64,000 nt of DNA from Candidatus Micrarchaeota archaeon (GCA_040753215.1 JBFMEZ010000025.1:74440-138439); one strand, 5' to 3'. Positions 1 to 9,446 are shown, numbered from the stretch's first letter. Numbers and translations are program-made. Notes: generated from the letters alone by a model not told the origin.

Positions 1-261
1 CGTGGTGGGGTAGCGCGTGTGCGCAATCCCGGCGCTCCCGTTCATATCCATATCCTTCTCAGAGAATATGCGCGAGACCAGCCCAATCCCCCTCTTCTCC
101 TCCAGTTTTTTACCGTTGTAGACCGCCATGCCCGCGGCATCCTGGCCCCTGTGCTGGAGCGCGAGCATGCCGTTGTAAACGTAGTTAGCCACGGGCTTGC
201 CGGTTTTGGACAGCACGGCGACTATGCCGCAGCTCTCCCGTTTTCCGTTCCCGGTTTTCAT
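1..261 (-). CDS. purF: Amidophosphoribosyltransferase (PurF-like class II glutamine amidotransferase), N-terminal part; the gene continues beyond the window start
   Basis: Reverse-complement translation reads MKTGNGKRESCGIVAV...YNGMLALQHRGQDAAGMAVYNG. It has a propeptide followed by a nucleophile Cys and an LQHRGQDAAG motif, as in PurF. The six-frame track only lists ATG-containing ORFs, so this partial gene is not in it. Confidence 0.55.
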   Translation of the reverse strand, partial: MKTGNGKRESCGIVAVLSKTGKPVANYVYNGMLALQHRGQDAAGMAVYNGKKLEEKRGIGLVSRIFSEKDMDMNGSAGIAHTRYPTT

Positions 262-443
262 ATCTCTGCGGAGATAACTTGCAGAAACCTGCCGGTTTCC
301 GCAATCCGGTTTCCAGTGCGCCGGCTCGTTTTCCATATCACATCTTTGCCGTTGATGTTTTAAAAACATCGTTTTGCCCTGCTGAATTGTAACCATGGTT
401 ACAAACCAGTTCTCAGTTTCCAGTTCCCTGTTTTCGAAACAGG

Positions 444-1631
444 CTAGAAAAACTCGCCCAGCCTTCTCTGCCTGAGGATTTTGCTCCTCTTCACATATTC
501 CGAAATCCCCTTCCTCAGCCGGCTTCCAGCGGAAGCCAGCGCCTCAGAGAGAGTAGAATATTTCCTCACGTTCAGCGTCGCATCCCTCACGTTCTCCCGT
601 ACCTGGAACACTCCAACAGGAATCTGGTACCCTTCATAAATTTCCCGTATGGAAACCACCCGCGCCTGCCTCCTTATCCTGTCCAAAAACTCCAGAACCC
701 CTATGCGCACAGCGTAATATCCGCCCGCCTGCGCGTCCGCATAAGCGGTCCTCCCCCCGAACGGCTCGTATTCCCCGCTCACCCGGAAATTATCGCTCCC
801 GGGCGTCCATATTGTCCCTGGCGCCCATGCCTCAAAGTTCTCAAATTCCCATTTTCCCGGCATCACAATTATCTCAAAATGATTGGATAGCGATTCATTG
901 CTCAGCACATAGAAATCCGGAACCTCCCCATACCCCCGAACCCTCTCCATCAGGTGCTTCCCGAGCATGTCATCCGTCGCAGTGATGCTCCACCGCGTGG
1001 GCACCATCTTCCTGTTCTCCTGCATCCCAAGAAGCCCTGCAGACAAAACCTTTGTGATATAATAGTTATCCAGCCCCGTCTCAAACATCTCCGTGGCAAT
1101 CTCCCTCGCCTTCGCCCTCTCATGCAGCAATTCATCCGCCTTCTTCGGCACCTTCGGGTTCTCGCAAAGCCTCACATCCTTCATCGTCCCTGAAGCCCCT
1201 ATGGGCTGCGCAACGGAAGAAAAAGTGGGGCTGAACACCGGCTCTTTCGAGAATCTCATCTCCACATCCACCGGCCGCACGCTCATCGCCACATCCTGCG
1301 TCTCTTCCGCCATCCTGCCTTCCGGCCTTATCCCCCCATACCTTTTCCCGCGTACAACATTCACCCTGTGCTCTATTATCTTCTCATAACCCATCTCATA
1401 CATTTCCCGCTCGCCCGCGTATTCTTTAAGTGGCAGCACCGGCCCCCAGGAAACCGAAGGATAGCCGAAGCTGCCCACAAAAACCTCCGCGCTTTCTCCG
1501 AAAATATCCTTCTTCCCCAGGCTCTCCTGCCCCCTTCTCATCGCGCCCAGTTTGCTGAGCAGCGGGCAGTAGTCCAGCCCACACATCTTCCTTGTGCCTT
1601 TGCAGATGTGGCAATAGTTGTCCGGTCTCAT
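444..1631 (-). CDS. NreA-like archaeal DNA-repair protein (Nre family, N-terminal Cys4 zinc motif)
   Basis: 395 aa. The N-terminus reads CHICKGTRKMCGLDYCPLL, a Cys cluster typical of the archaeal Nre family. Size and overall architecture are consistent with that family. Confidence 0.45.
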   Translation of the reverse strand: MRPDNYCHICKGTRKMCGLDYCPLLSKLGAMRRGQESLGKKDIFGESAEVFVGSFGYPSVSWGPVLPLKEYAGEREMYEMGYEKIIEHRVNVVRGKRYGGIRPEGRMAEETQDVAMSVRPVDVEMRFSKEPVFSPTFSSVAQPIGASGTMKDVRLCENPKVPKKADELLHERAKAREIATEMFETGLDNYYITKVLSAGLLGMQENRKMVPTRWSITATDDMLGKHLMERVRGYGEVPDFYVLSNESLSNHFEIIVMPGKWEFENFEAWAPGTIWTPGSDNFRVSGEYEPFGGRTAYADAQAGGYYAVRIGVLEFLDRIRRQARVVSIREIYEGYQIPVGVFQVRENVRDATLNVRKYSTLSEALASAGSRLRKGISEYVKRSKILRQRRLGEFF

Positions 1632-1798
1632 GTAGTTCTCGGTCTCCGGTTTCCAGTTTCCAGCCCGGGTAGCATACTGTTTATTCCGTTTGCCTTCTAA
1701 TAAACCTTCGCACGCCTCAGCCCGGTTTTCCCTGCATACATTCCTTACGCCGTCGGCTCCCAGATAGGTTTATATAACATTTCCGAGTAAATATAGAA

Positions 1799-2533
1799 GT
1801 GGTAATGATGGCGCATAAAGCCAGACGTCATTCTAAAGAAAAAAAGAGGCCGAGCGCAAGGAAGCCCTCCCGTGCGGCAAAGCGCGCTAAGGCAAAGCCC
1901 AGCCGCAAGGCCGTGCGTAAGCGCCTGCCCCACGTAAAATCCTGGCCGAAGTCCATGGTTAAGCTCAGGCCAAAATCCGCACAAAAAACAAAAAAGGCCG
2001 CGGAGGCCCCCGCAAGGAAGGAGGCGCCGCCAAAGCCGAACACGGAGCTCCTCACACTACTCGGAGATGCGCGCATCCGCCAGCTTCTCGTGGATGCGGG
2101 CGGCGAGCACACTCTGGAGATAGTAAAATCCTTCTCAAAGGAGCTGAGCGACGATGACCTCGCCAAGAAGCTCAAGATAAAGATAAGCGATGTCCGCGCC
2201 ACGCTAAACCGGCTCCACAACATAGGGGTTGTCCAGTACAACCGCTACAAGGATGCGGAGACGGGCTGGTTCTCCTATTTCTGGTCCCTCAACATGGATA
2301 AGACAAAGGGATGGGTGGAGGAGCAGCTCATGAAGGATTCCGCGCCCGGCGACATCTCCAGCTCGGAATACTATTTCTGCCCCAAGTGCGGCTCAGAGAG
2401 CATCTATGAGTTCGCAGCCGCTTCTGACTACTCCTTCAGGTGCCCGCTCTGCAACCGCGCCCTTGAATTCGTGGACGAGGATGCAGCGAAGGATTTGTTC
2501 CCAAGGGGCCCGAGGCGCCCGTCCACCCCGTAA
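1799..2533 (+). CDS. tfe: Transcription factor E (TFIIE-alpha homolog) with an unusual ~80-aa Lys/Arg/Ala-rich N-terminal extension
   Basis: The protein has a winged-helix region (LLTLLGDARIRQLLVDAGGEHTLEIVK...ATLNRLHNIGVV) followed by a C-terminal zinc ribbon (CPKCGS...CPLCNRAL). A TATA-like TTTATATAA box lies about 25 nt upstream of the ATG. Confidence 0.75.
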   Translation: MVMMAHKARRHSKEKKRPSARKPSRAAKRAKAKPSRKAVRKRLPHVKSWPKSMVKLRPKSAQKTKKAAEAPARKEAPPKPNTELLTLLGDARIRQLLVDAGGEHTLEIVKSFSKELSDDDLAKKLKIKISDVRATLNRLHNIGVVQYNRYKDAETGWFSYFWSLNMDKTKGWVEEQLMKDSAPGDISSSEYYFCPKCGSESIYEFAAASDYSFRCPLCNRALEFVDEDAAKDLFPRGPRRPSTP

Positions 2534-2600
2534 TCGGTTCTCTGTCTCCGGTTCCCAGTTTCCCCGCACGCTTTTATCCCTTTCCTCCTAATCCATAGCC

Positions 2601-3005
2601 ATGGGGAAGGAAAAGCATGAGAAGCGCATACAGGAGATTAACGCCTACTTAGTCCCATCCTTCCAGGGCAAGTTCCTTATCCTACGCAGGAGGGGCTCCA
2701 GCATCTGGGAATTCCCCGGAGGCGGCGTGGACTGGGGCGAGGACCCTTATGCAGCAGCCATACGCGAATGCAGGGAAGAGATAGGGCTCGCGCCCCACTC
2801 CGTAAAATTAGTAGGGATAACCTCCGCCACTTATGAGAAAGATGGAACCGAAAAGCACTCCATCTACATCGTCTATAAGGGAGAAATAAGCTCGGACAAA
2901 TACGAATTAGGATTAGAGCATGAGGAGGGAAGGTGGGTTTCCCTCACCGAATTACAGTTCATGCACCTCGGGCTGAATGCGCAGGACGTGCCCCAAATGC
3001 TTTAA
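2601..3005 (+). CDS. NUDIX hydrolase
   Basis: The Nudix box GGGVDWGEDPYAAAIRECREEIGL is present. Confidence 0.8.
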   Translation: MGKEKHEKRIQEINAYLVPSFQGKFLILRRRGSSIWEFPGGGVDWGEDPYAAAIRECREEIGLAPHSVKLVGITSATYEKDGTEKHSIYIVYKGEISSDKYELGLEHEEGRWVSLTELQFMHLGLNAQDVPQML

Positions 3006-3770
3006 TCAGTTTTCGGTTCCCTATTTCCAGTTCCGCCCGTTCCCTTCCTCTTCTTCAGGAAAAATATGTACTTCTCCGCCCTCTCCAATCTGCCCTTCAG
3101 CCTTCTCACTTCCGCATCCCTCGCCACCTCCCCAACCCGCGCACTCCTTGCCCTTCTCAGCTCCGCCTCCAGCCCGTCCGCCCTCGCCTTCTCGTATTCC
3201 AGCGCCTTTCTAAGATTTGCATTCTCCTCCGCCAGTCTTGCAACCCGTTCGTCCCTCCTGCCCGATGCCCCCTCTCTTTTCACTTCCTTCTCTTCTTCCG
3301 CCACCCTCTTCTCCTCCTTTCTCGTCAGCATCAGTTCCGCATTGTGCAGAGAATACCCCTGCACAACCATATGCTTCAATAAATCCCTGTCCAGCGCAGT
3401 ATCCATCCCCTCAATCTGCCTCAGCCGGTTCTCATACGCGTGGTAGGCCTTCATCGCGCCTGCGTATGCATCCCTTATGTGCACATCATCAATGAACCTG
3501 CCCATTTCCTTCTTCTCCTCCTGCGTGAGGCTCCGCTCAGGATAAGACAACCGTACATTGAACCTTGCAGCCACCTTCTGCACAAAGCTGGGAGGCGGAT
3601 TCACATCGCTCGCAATCAGGGAAGGAACGCCCACCTTCCTTATGATTTCCACAACCCTCTCGTCGCTTGCCTCCTTCTCGCATCCAGAGGCAACAAGCTC
3701 GCCTTTCAAATTGAGTGCCGCAAAAGCCGTATACACGCCCGGGTCAATGCCAACAATGAGGTGTTGTATC
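3002..3770 (-). CDS. RNase H-like (RuvC/YqgF-fold) domain protein with C-terminal coiled coil (DUF460-like)
   Basis: The IGIDPGV motif lies just upstream of the first GTG/ATG, and the C-terminal half is an E/R/K-rich coiled coil. No canonical start codon precedes the catalytic motif; the in-frame candidates are ATT/CTC. Confidence 0.4.
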
Positions 3771-3781
3771 CAATCCCCTTC

Positions 3782-4999
3782 CTATCCAGTTATAACGTAA
3801 TCCTGCTTCAAAAGGACCTTCTGCCCAGGGCGGAGGTTCCTCGTAACCGTAACCCCGCTCCCAACCCAGCAATCATTTCCAATAAGCTTTCCAGGCATCG
3901 TGCAACTAAGAACCCCGAACTTCACATTATCCCCAATCAGCGCCCCAAGCTTCTTCCTCCCGGAATTCACCCACCCCTTCTCCACAAGCACGACCACATT
4001 GCTAGCGTCAAACCTGTAATTTGCAACCTGTGTCCCCGAACCGAAATTAACCCCCTGCCCGACCACGCTATCCCCAATATACGATAAATGCTTCGCCTTC
4101 ACATCATCAAATAGAATACTGTTCTTCACCGTAGTGGATTCACCAATCTCGCAGTTCTTCCCAATTGAATTGAACCCTCTCAAAAGTGCATGAGGCCCAA
4201 TCCTGGTTCCGGCCCCGATATACGAAGCCCCCTCCACAAAGCTATCCACGACCTCCGCCCCCTCCTCCATTATCAGCTTCCCCTTCACAGTGGAATTCTC
4301 GACAGTCCCTGCGTTTGCCTCCATCTTATCCAAAAGATACTGATTCAAATCGAAAAGGTGCCACGGATACCCCACGTCCATCCAGAACTCCTCCGTCTCC
4401 ACCACGTGCGCGCCCTTCAGCACATCCGTAATCTCATACTCCCCCCGCGGTGAGGGCGCGAGTGCCCTGATCTCATCAAAAATCTTCTTATTGAACGCAT
4501 AAACAGAGATGTTCGCAAGGTTTCCCTTCGGGTGCTCCGGCTTCTCCTCCATGCCCACGAGCACCCCATCCTTCACTTCCGCAATCCCGTACCTCTGCGG
4601 CTCATCCACTTTTTTGAGCGCAACCGTCTTCTTCCCGTCATATTTCTCAATCACGTCCCTGTAAATCTCCGGGCTGCACACATTGTCCGCAGCCACCACC
4701 AGAAACTCCTCCACCGCCTTCTCCCTCGCATCATAAATCGCGGCAGCAGTCCCGTGCCTTTCCCCCTGCACCGCAAACTCAATCGCCATCCCCAAATTTT
4801 CTTCCTTCAAGTAATCGATAATCTGCTCCTTCCTGTACTTCACCACCACTACCGCTTCCTTCACCCCCGCATTCTTCAGATTGGACAGCACATTCCACAC
4901 AAGCGGCTTCCCGGCCACCTGCAGCATCGCCTTTGGCCGCGTATAGGTAAGGGGGCGCATCCGTTCGCCTTCCCCGCCCGCCAAAACGATTGCTTTCAA
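3782..4999 (-). CDS. Bifunctional sugar-1-phosphate nucleotidyltransferase / acetyltransferase (archaeal GlmU-like, UDP-GlcNAc synthesis)
   Basis: The N-terminal nucleotidyltransferase fold reads MKAIVLAGGEGERMRPLT. The C-terminus is a left-handed beta-helix hexapeptide-repeat domain. Confidence 0.75.
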   Translation of the reverse strand: MKAIVLAGGEGERMRPLTYTRPKAMLQVAGKPLVWNVLSNLKNAGVKEAVVVVKYRKEQIIDYLKEENLGMAIEFAVQGERHGTAAAIYDAREKAVEEFLVVAADNVCSPEIYRDVIEKYDGKKTVALKKVDEPQRYGIAEVKDGVLVGMEEKPEHPKGNLANISVYAFNKKIFDEIRALAPSPRGEYEITDVLKGAHVVETEEFWMDVGYPWHLFDLNQYLLDKMEANAGTVENSTVKGKLIMEEGAEVVDSFVEGASYIGAGTRIGPHALLRGFNSIGKNCEIGESTTVKNSILFDDVKAKHLSYIGDSVVGQGVNFGSGTQVANYRFDASNVVVLVEKGWVNSGRKKLGALIGDNVKFGVLSCTMPGKLIGNDCWVGSGVTVTRNLRPGQKVLLKQDYVITG

Positions 5000-5064
5000 G
5001 TTTCCACCCGATTTACTCTCTGCGCAAGAGAATAAGAAATTAACTAACGCCTACACACTAACGC

Positions 5065-6402
5065 CTAAACAGCCTTCCTTATTATTTCCCTCGCCTTCCC
5101 CGCAACCTTGTCCAGCAATTCCTTATTCTTCGCTTCGGCCGTCAGTCTGATTATGCTTTCAGTTCCGGAAGGCCTAACAAGAACCCAATACCCTTCTCCA
5201 TCTATCCGTATCCCGTCCCCGGTTTCCAGTTTCCAGTTGCCGGTTTCCCGTTTCCAGCCTGATTCAAGCTCCGGCATTATCCTTTCCATCGCCTTTTTCC
5301 TGTCCGCAGTCTTATACTTCTCCCTGACCATTGGATTGGGTTTAAACCGGGCCGCAAGCGCACTGAATTTCCCTTTCTCACAGAACATCTCCACAAACTT
5401 CGCGGCAGCCATTACCCCATCAGGCACAAGCACTCCCCCCCTAAAGATGTACTCCCCAGCCGGCTCACCGCCAAAGACCCCCTCGCTCTTCACCATCTCC
5501 TCGCTCACATGCACGCTCCCCACAGAAGTCAAAACAAACTCCACCCCATTCTTCTCAACCGTCTCCTTCACAATGAGCGAGCTCTCCACCGTGCTCACCA
5601 CCTTCCCCTTCTTCTTTGCCAGCTCTTCCTCAATCATAAGCGCAAGTTGCACATCCGCATTCAAAAGCTCCCCTCTCTCATCCACAACTGCGCACCTGTC
5701 CGCATCCCCATCATGCGCAATGCCCAAATCCGCCCCGCATGCCCGTACCGCAGCAGAAAGCCAGGGCAGATTCTCCTTATTCGGCTCAGAAGGCCGGTTG
5801 AACCCCCTGGTTTCGCAGTTCAAGGATACAACCCTGCACCCCAGCTCCCTAAGAAGATAGGGCGTAACCACCGCCCCTGCCCCATTGCAGTCCACAACAA
5901 CCTTCGGCTTCTTCTTCGCAATCAGTTTCGCATCCACATTCCTCTTCACAAGTTCAACATATTCAGGAATTACATCCTCAACCCTCCTTCCCCCTGGAAA
6001 AGCCCCGTATTCCATCCCCTTTTCATATCTTTCCAGAACCCGCTTCTCTTCGTTTCTGCTTATCTCCCGCCCTTTTCTCATGAATTTCAAGCCATTATAC
6101 TCGGCCGGATTATGGGAAGCCGTAACCATCATCCCCCCGCACCCGAATTTCATGCTCGCAAAAGCCACTAAAGGAGTAGGCACAATCCCCAGCCCGATCC
6201 CATCATGCCCCGAACCCAAAACCCCACTCATGGCCGCAAAAGCCAGCGGAACCCCGCTCTCCCGCGTATCCCTTCCTATGCAGACATCTGATTCGGCAAA
6301 TGCATTTGCCATCCTTAACGCTAACTCAGGCGTAATCTCCTTTCCATAGATTCCCCTTATCCCCGAAGTCCCAAACATCGGTTTCCTATTCCCCAAAAGC
6401 AA
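5065..6402 (-). CDS. glmM: Phosphoglucosamine/phosphohexose mutase (GlmM/ManB family)
   Basis: The TASHNP phosphoserine motif, GIRG, and a C-terminal LVRPSGTE motif are present. A GTTTCC heptamer array is inserted in frame near the C-terminus (WKRETGNWKLETG). Confidence 0.8.
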   Translation of the reverse strand: MLLGNRKPMFGTSGIRGIYGKEITPELALRMANAFAESDVCIGRDTRESGVPLAFAAMSGVLGSGHDGIGLGIVPTPLVAFASMKFGCGGMMVTASHNPAEYNGLKFMRKGREISRNEEKRVLERYEKGMEYGAFPGGRRVEDVIPEYVELVKRNVDAKLIAKKKPKVVVDCNGAGAVVTPYLLRELGCRVVSLNCETRGFNRPSEPNKENLPWLSAAVRACGADLGIAHDGDADRCAVVDERGELLNADVQLALMIEEELAKKKGKVVSTVESSLIVKETVEKNGVEFVLTSVGSVHVSEEMVKSEGVFGGEPAGEYIFRGGVLVPDGVMAAAKFVEMFCEKGKFSALAARFKPNPMVREKYKTADRKKAMERIMPELESGWKRETGNWKLETGDGIRIDGEGYWVLVRPSGTESIIRLTAEAKNKELLDKVAGKAREIIRKAV

Positions 6403-6475
6403 ATATAAAGATAAGTTTGTGCATTTTGGTGTTTAAAAGTGTCTTTTAAAACCCTTCGCAACCCTATATTATTGA

Positions 6476-8341
6476 ATGGCAGGCCAGAACGGAGATTCAA
6501 AAGCCCCACGGCAGGCAGTGGTTCCCCCAGAGCCGGGGCCGCCGGCCAGGAGGCTCGAATCCCGTGTCCCCACGCTCCCGCCCCAGGCTCCAGCACAGCC
6601 CAAGCCCCTGGTCGCAGGAATAGACAGGGCAGCAGGAATAAAGCCCTCTCAATCAACGGTTCCAGGGAGAACGCGGCCAAGGATTACCCGCATTTCCGAG
6701 TATCTCGCCGAGCTTAGGAGGATGGAAATGGCGCAGTCCCCCCCGCCCGCCGCGAGATTTGACAGGGACACGTACGAATTCATGCAGGGGTTGCGCGGAA
6801 AGGTTCAGGAGAGAAGGGAGCCGATGGACTGGTCCGGCATAGGCTGCGTAAAAGAAGCGCCTGCCCCGCATTCGCTCGTGGATACGCTCACAAACGGTTT
6901 CCCGGCAGCCGCGGAAGTGCCGGCCGGGGCTCCGCCAGGCACCGACGGGCTGCTTTCAAAGGAGCTGTGGGTTGAAGCCGGCCTCCCGCGCCTGCGCAAG
7001 AAGAAGCCGGCATCCATTGATGAGCCCCCTGACATCAAGAAGCGCCTTGACCAGTGGTGCCTTTCGCTTGACCATCCCGCAAAGGAGGTCCTGCTCAATT
7101 CCCTCATAGAGGACGCGGTCTCCGAATTCTCGGCCCTGAAGCGCGCGTCAAAGGGCCTGGTGACCGTCTGCTCCGGAGGAAGGCCCGACTACCTTCTCGA
7201 AGCCGAGGTCGGCGCACCGGTCGGCAACATCTCAGCCCAGTTCCTCAGGAAAATGAACACAATGAGAAAGCATGGCATTCTCCCGGAAGCGGACGCAAAG
7301 GCGCTGGTTGAGCAGCTCGTCCGCTTCGTCTTCCACAATCCCGGCCCGGTGGAGGGCCCCGGCATAACAGAGGCCGGCATGAGGAACGGCTTCTTCCGCG
7401 CTGTCACATGGTGCATATGCACGTGCACGAACCCCTCCCTGTTCCAGGAATTCTTCTCGAAGAACAACATACTGCTCATAGATGCGGTCGGGATAGCGGC
7501 AGGCCTCAATTCAGACGAGGCCAGGGCAGTTATGGGCGATGCGGGCGTTCGCTCCGCGCTTTACAGGCTCCTGAAAAAGAGGTGGGTGGCCACAGGTTTC
7601 GAGCACCTCAAGGAGACGCTAAGGGCGGACAGCGCCAGGGGGTTGCTCGACCCAAGGGCTGCGTTCCACTTCACCACGGTCCTTTTCAGGGAGGCCGGCG
7701 AATACCAGCGCATCGTACAGTCCTACTCCATACTCGCAAGGAACATGAGCAACCTTAAGGTAGTATCCCCCTCGCGCGGCATTCTTTACCTAAGCGAGAG
7801 GGAGTTCATCGCCTGCCTCAGGTCTAGGGGAAACCTGCAGCCCAGGCTCAGGGCCGGGATAGACAGGATGCACGAGTTCATAGCCGGGCTTTTCGCAGGC
7901 AGGGCAAAGGGTTCTGGCCAGGAGGAACACCAGTATGCGGTGGGCAGGAGCCCGGCGGAGATATCCGGGATATTCAACACGGTCCTTGAGGGGCTGGATT
8001 TTTTCATCGGAGACCCCAAGATGCGCAGGATGGCCCTGGAGGCGATACAGCACTATGGGATAGGGGGCGGGGAGGGCCAGCCGGCTTCCTTCAAGAAGAT
8101 ATTCGCGCTCTGCCTCTTCACGCGCTACAGGGACGTGCAGGATTACGGCAGGCTCTTCAGGCTGCTCTTCGACTATTCTGACCCAATAGTCTCGGACCTG
8201 GCCCTGGACCATGCCGCGTGGCTTCTGGCGCAGGAGGCAAACTTCATCCTGCTGCGCGAGGAAAAGCCGCGGGAGTCCGCCGCCACCCTAAGCCCGGAGG
8301 ACCTCGCGCAGATACTCGCGGAAGGGGATTCCCCGTTCTGA
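6476..8341 (+). CDS. Hypothetical protein with Pro-rich N-terminus and no recognisable domain
   Basis: 621-aa ORF with coding-like composition. A TATA-like sequence lies about 27 nt upstream. Confidence 0.45.
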   Translation: MAGQNGDSKAPRQAVVPPEPGPPARRLESRVPTLPPQAPAQPKPLVAGIDRAAGIKPSQSTVPGRTRPRITRISEYLAELRRMEMAQSPPPAARFDRDTYEFMQGLRGKVQERREPMDWSGIGCVKEAPAPHSLVDTLTNGFPAAAEVPAGAPPGTDGLLSKELWVEAGLPRLRKKKPASIDEPPDIKKRLDQWCLSLDHPAKEVLLNSLIEDAVSEFSALKRASKGLVTVCSGGRPDYLLEAEVGAPVGNISAQFLRKMNTMRKHGILPEADAKALVEQLVRFVFHNPGPVEGPGITEAGMRNGFFRAVTWCICTCTNPSLFQEFFSKNNILLIDAVGIAAGLNSDEARAVMGDAGVRSALYRLLKKRWVATGFEHLKETLRADSARGLLDPRAAFHFTTVLFREAGEYQRIVQSYSILARNMSNLKVVSPSRGILYLSEREFIACLRSRGNLQPRLRAGIDRMHEFIAGLFAGRAKGSGQEEHQYAVGRSPAEISGIFNTVLEGLDFFIGDPKMRRMALEAIQHYGIGGGEGQPASFKKIFALCLFTRYRDVQDYGRLFRLLFDYSDPIVSDLALDHAAWLLAQEANFILLREEKPRESAATLSPEDLAQILAEGDSPF

Positions 8342-8462
8342 GTTTCCAGTTTCCGTGTCTCTGCGGAGACAACTCCATGTTGCTTCGGCAACAACTGGCG
8401 AAGTTCTGCGGAACTTCACCATGGCAGAAACCCGCGGGTTTCCGCCATCGGGTTTCCAGTCA
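8341..8462 (+). repeat. Family A structured repeat (copy A1), flanked by GTTTCC heptamers
   Basis: A core of four consecutive hairpins: gtctctgcggagac, ttgcc-tc-ggcaa, gaagttc-tgcg-gaacttc, and atggcagaaacc...ggtttccgccat. It is near-identical to copies at 40809-40900 and 59453-59544. Confidence 0.8.
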
Positions 8463-9446
8463 TCTTTCTACGGTCGCGTTGTACCTCATCCCGTTCCAGA
8501 CTATCTTCACGTCCTCCCCTAGATAGTTCTCAATCACCGTTATGTTCCTCACGGTACCCAGGACCGCTGCGTTCTTCAGCGACTGCCTTGAATTTGTCCA
8601 GTCGGTTGCGCTCCCGCTTATCACAATCAGCTCCGGCTTCGTCTGGTCCATCATCCAGTTTATCTCAGTCAGCCCCGCGCCCATGCCGTGGTTCGGCCAC
8701 TGCACTATCTGGCACGGCCCGCTGAGCTGCGCGACCCTCTGCTGCGAGCCCAGTATGTCGCCCGTGAGCAGCACGCACAGCCCGCGGTCTTCAACCTTAA
8801 GGACAATCCCGTCATTATTCACGTCAAAGAACCTGTCCTCCCCCTTTATCGGGTTGAGCACGGTTATGTTTATCCCGTTCAGCACCGCACGGTCCCCTTC
8901 GCCAACAATCTTCAGGCTCTCTTCCCCAAGGTTCGCCAGGTAGGCGGCGTATTCCTGGCCCCCCTCCTCCGGCCTCCACACCTCCCCGAACCTGAACCTG
9001 TTGGACACGTACTCCAGCCCCCCATAGTGCTCAGGGTCATCGTGGGTTGAAACCACAAGCTCAAAATCGTCCACGCCCTTCTCCAGCAGCATGTTCACGA
9101 GTTTCTGCTGGCTTACAGAAGGCCCCCCGTCCACGAGTATGTCCGTGTCCCCTTTCTTTATGAGGACCGCATCCCCCTGCGTGTCCCCGGAGCCCACGTT
9201 GAAGAAATACACGTACAAATCCGTATTCGGCGTGCTCACGTACTCCGTGGCGCTCGCCTGCGGCGGGGTTGCGTTGCCCTGCGTGACCACAGTCCCCTCG
9301 CCCTCCCTTATCACAAGATAGCCGCCGGAAGCGTTTCCGGTTTCCGGTGTCCTGTTTCCGGTTTCCTGTTCTCCGGCAGGCGGCTGTCCGCCGCCGATGC
9401 AGCCCAAAACAAGCAAAAGAACCAGCCCGAATGCGATCCACTTCAT
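8460..9446 (-). CDS. Secreted metallo-beta-lactamase-fold lipoprotein (ComEC/Rec2-type MBL domain)
   Basis: Signal peptide with a lipobox-like LGCIGG. The MBL motifs LIDGG and HxHxDH-like STHDDPEH are present. An in-frame heptamer array after the signal peptide encodes ETGNRTPETGN. Confidence 0.6.
   Translation of the reverse strand: MKWIAFGLVLLLVLGCIGGGQPPAGEQETGNRTPETGNASGGYLVIREGEGTVVTQGNATPPQASATEYVSTPNTDLYVYFFNVGSGDTQGDAVLIKKGDTDILVDGGPSVSQQKLVNMLLEKGVDDFELVVSTHDDPEHYGGLEYVSNRFRFGEVWRPEEGGQEYAAYLANLGEESLKIVGEGDRAVLNGINITVLNPIKGEDRFFDVNNDGIVLKVEDRGLCVLLTGDILGSQQRVAQLSGPCQIVQWPNHGMGAGLTEINWMMDQTKPELIVISGSATDWTNSRQSLKNAAVLGTVRNITVIENYLGEDVKIVWNGMRYNATVER

Noticed and set aside
19-363. 114-aa plus-strand ORF in the six-frame track
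   Set aside because: It lies antisense to a clearly conserved PurF N-terminus on the minus strand, and partly over an A-like repeat. No supporting features.
1828-2241. Antisense ORFs overlapping tfe, thrS, secD/secF, radA etc. in the track
   Set aside because: They overlap well-supported conserved genes on the opposite strand. High GC inflates spurious ORF length.
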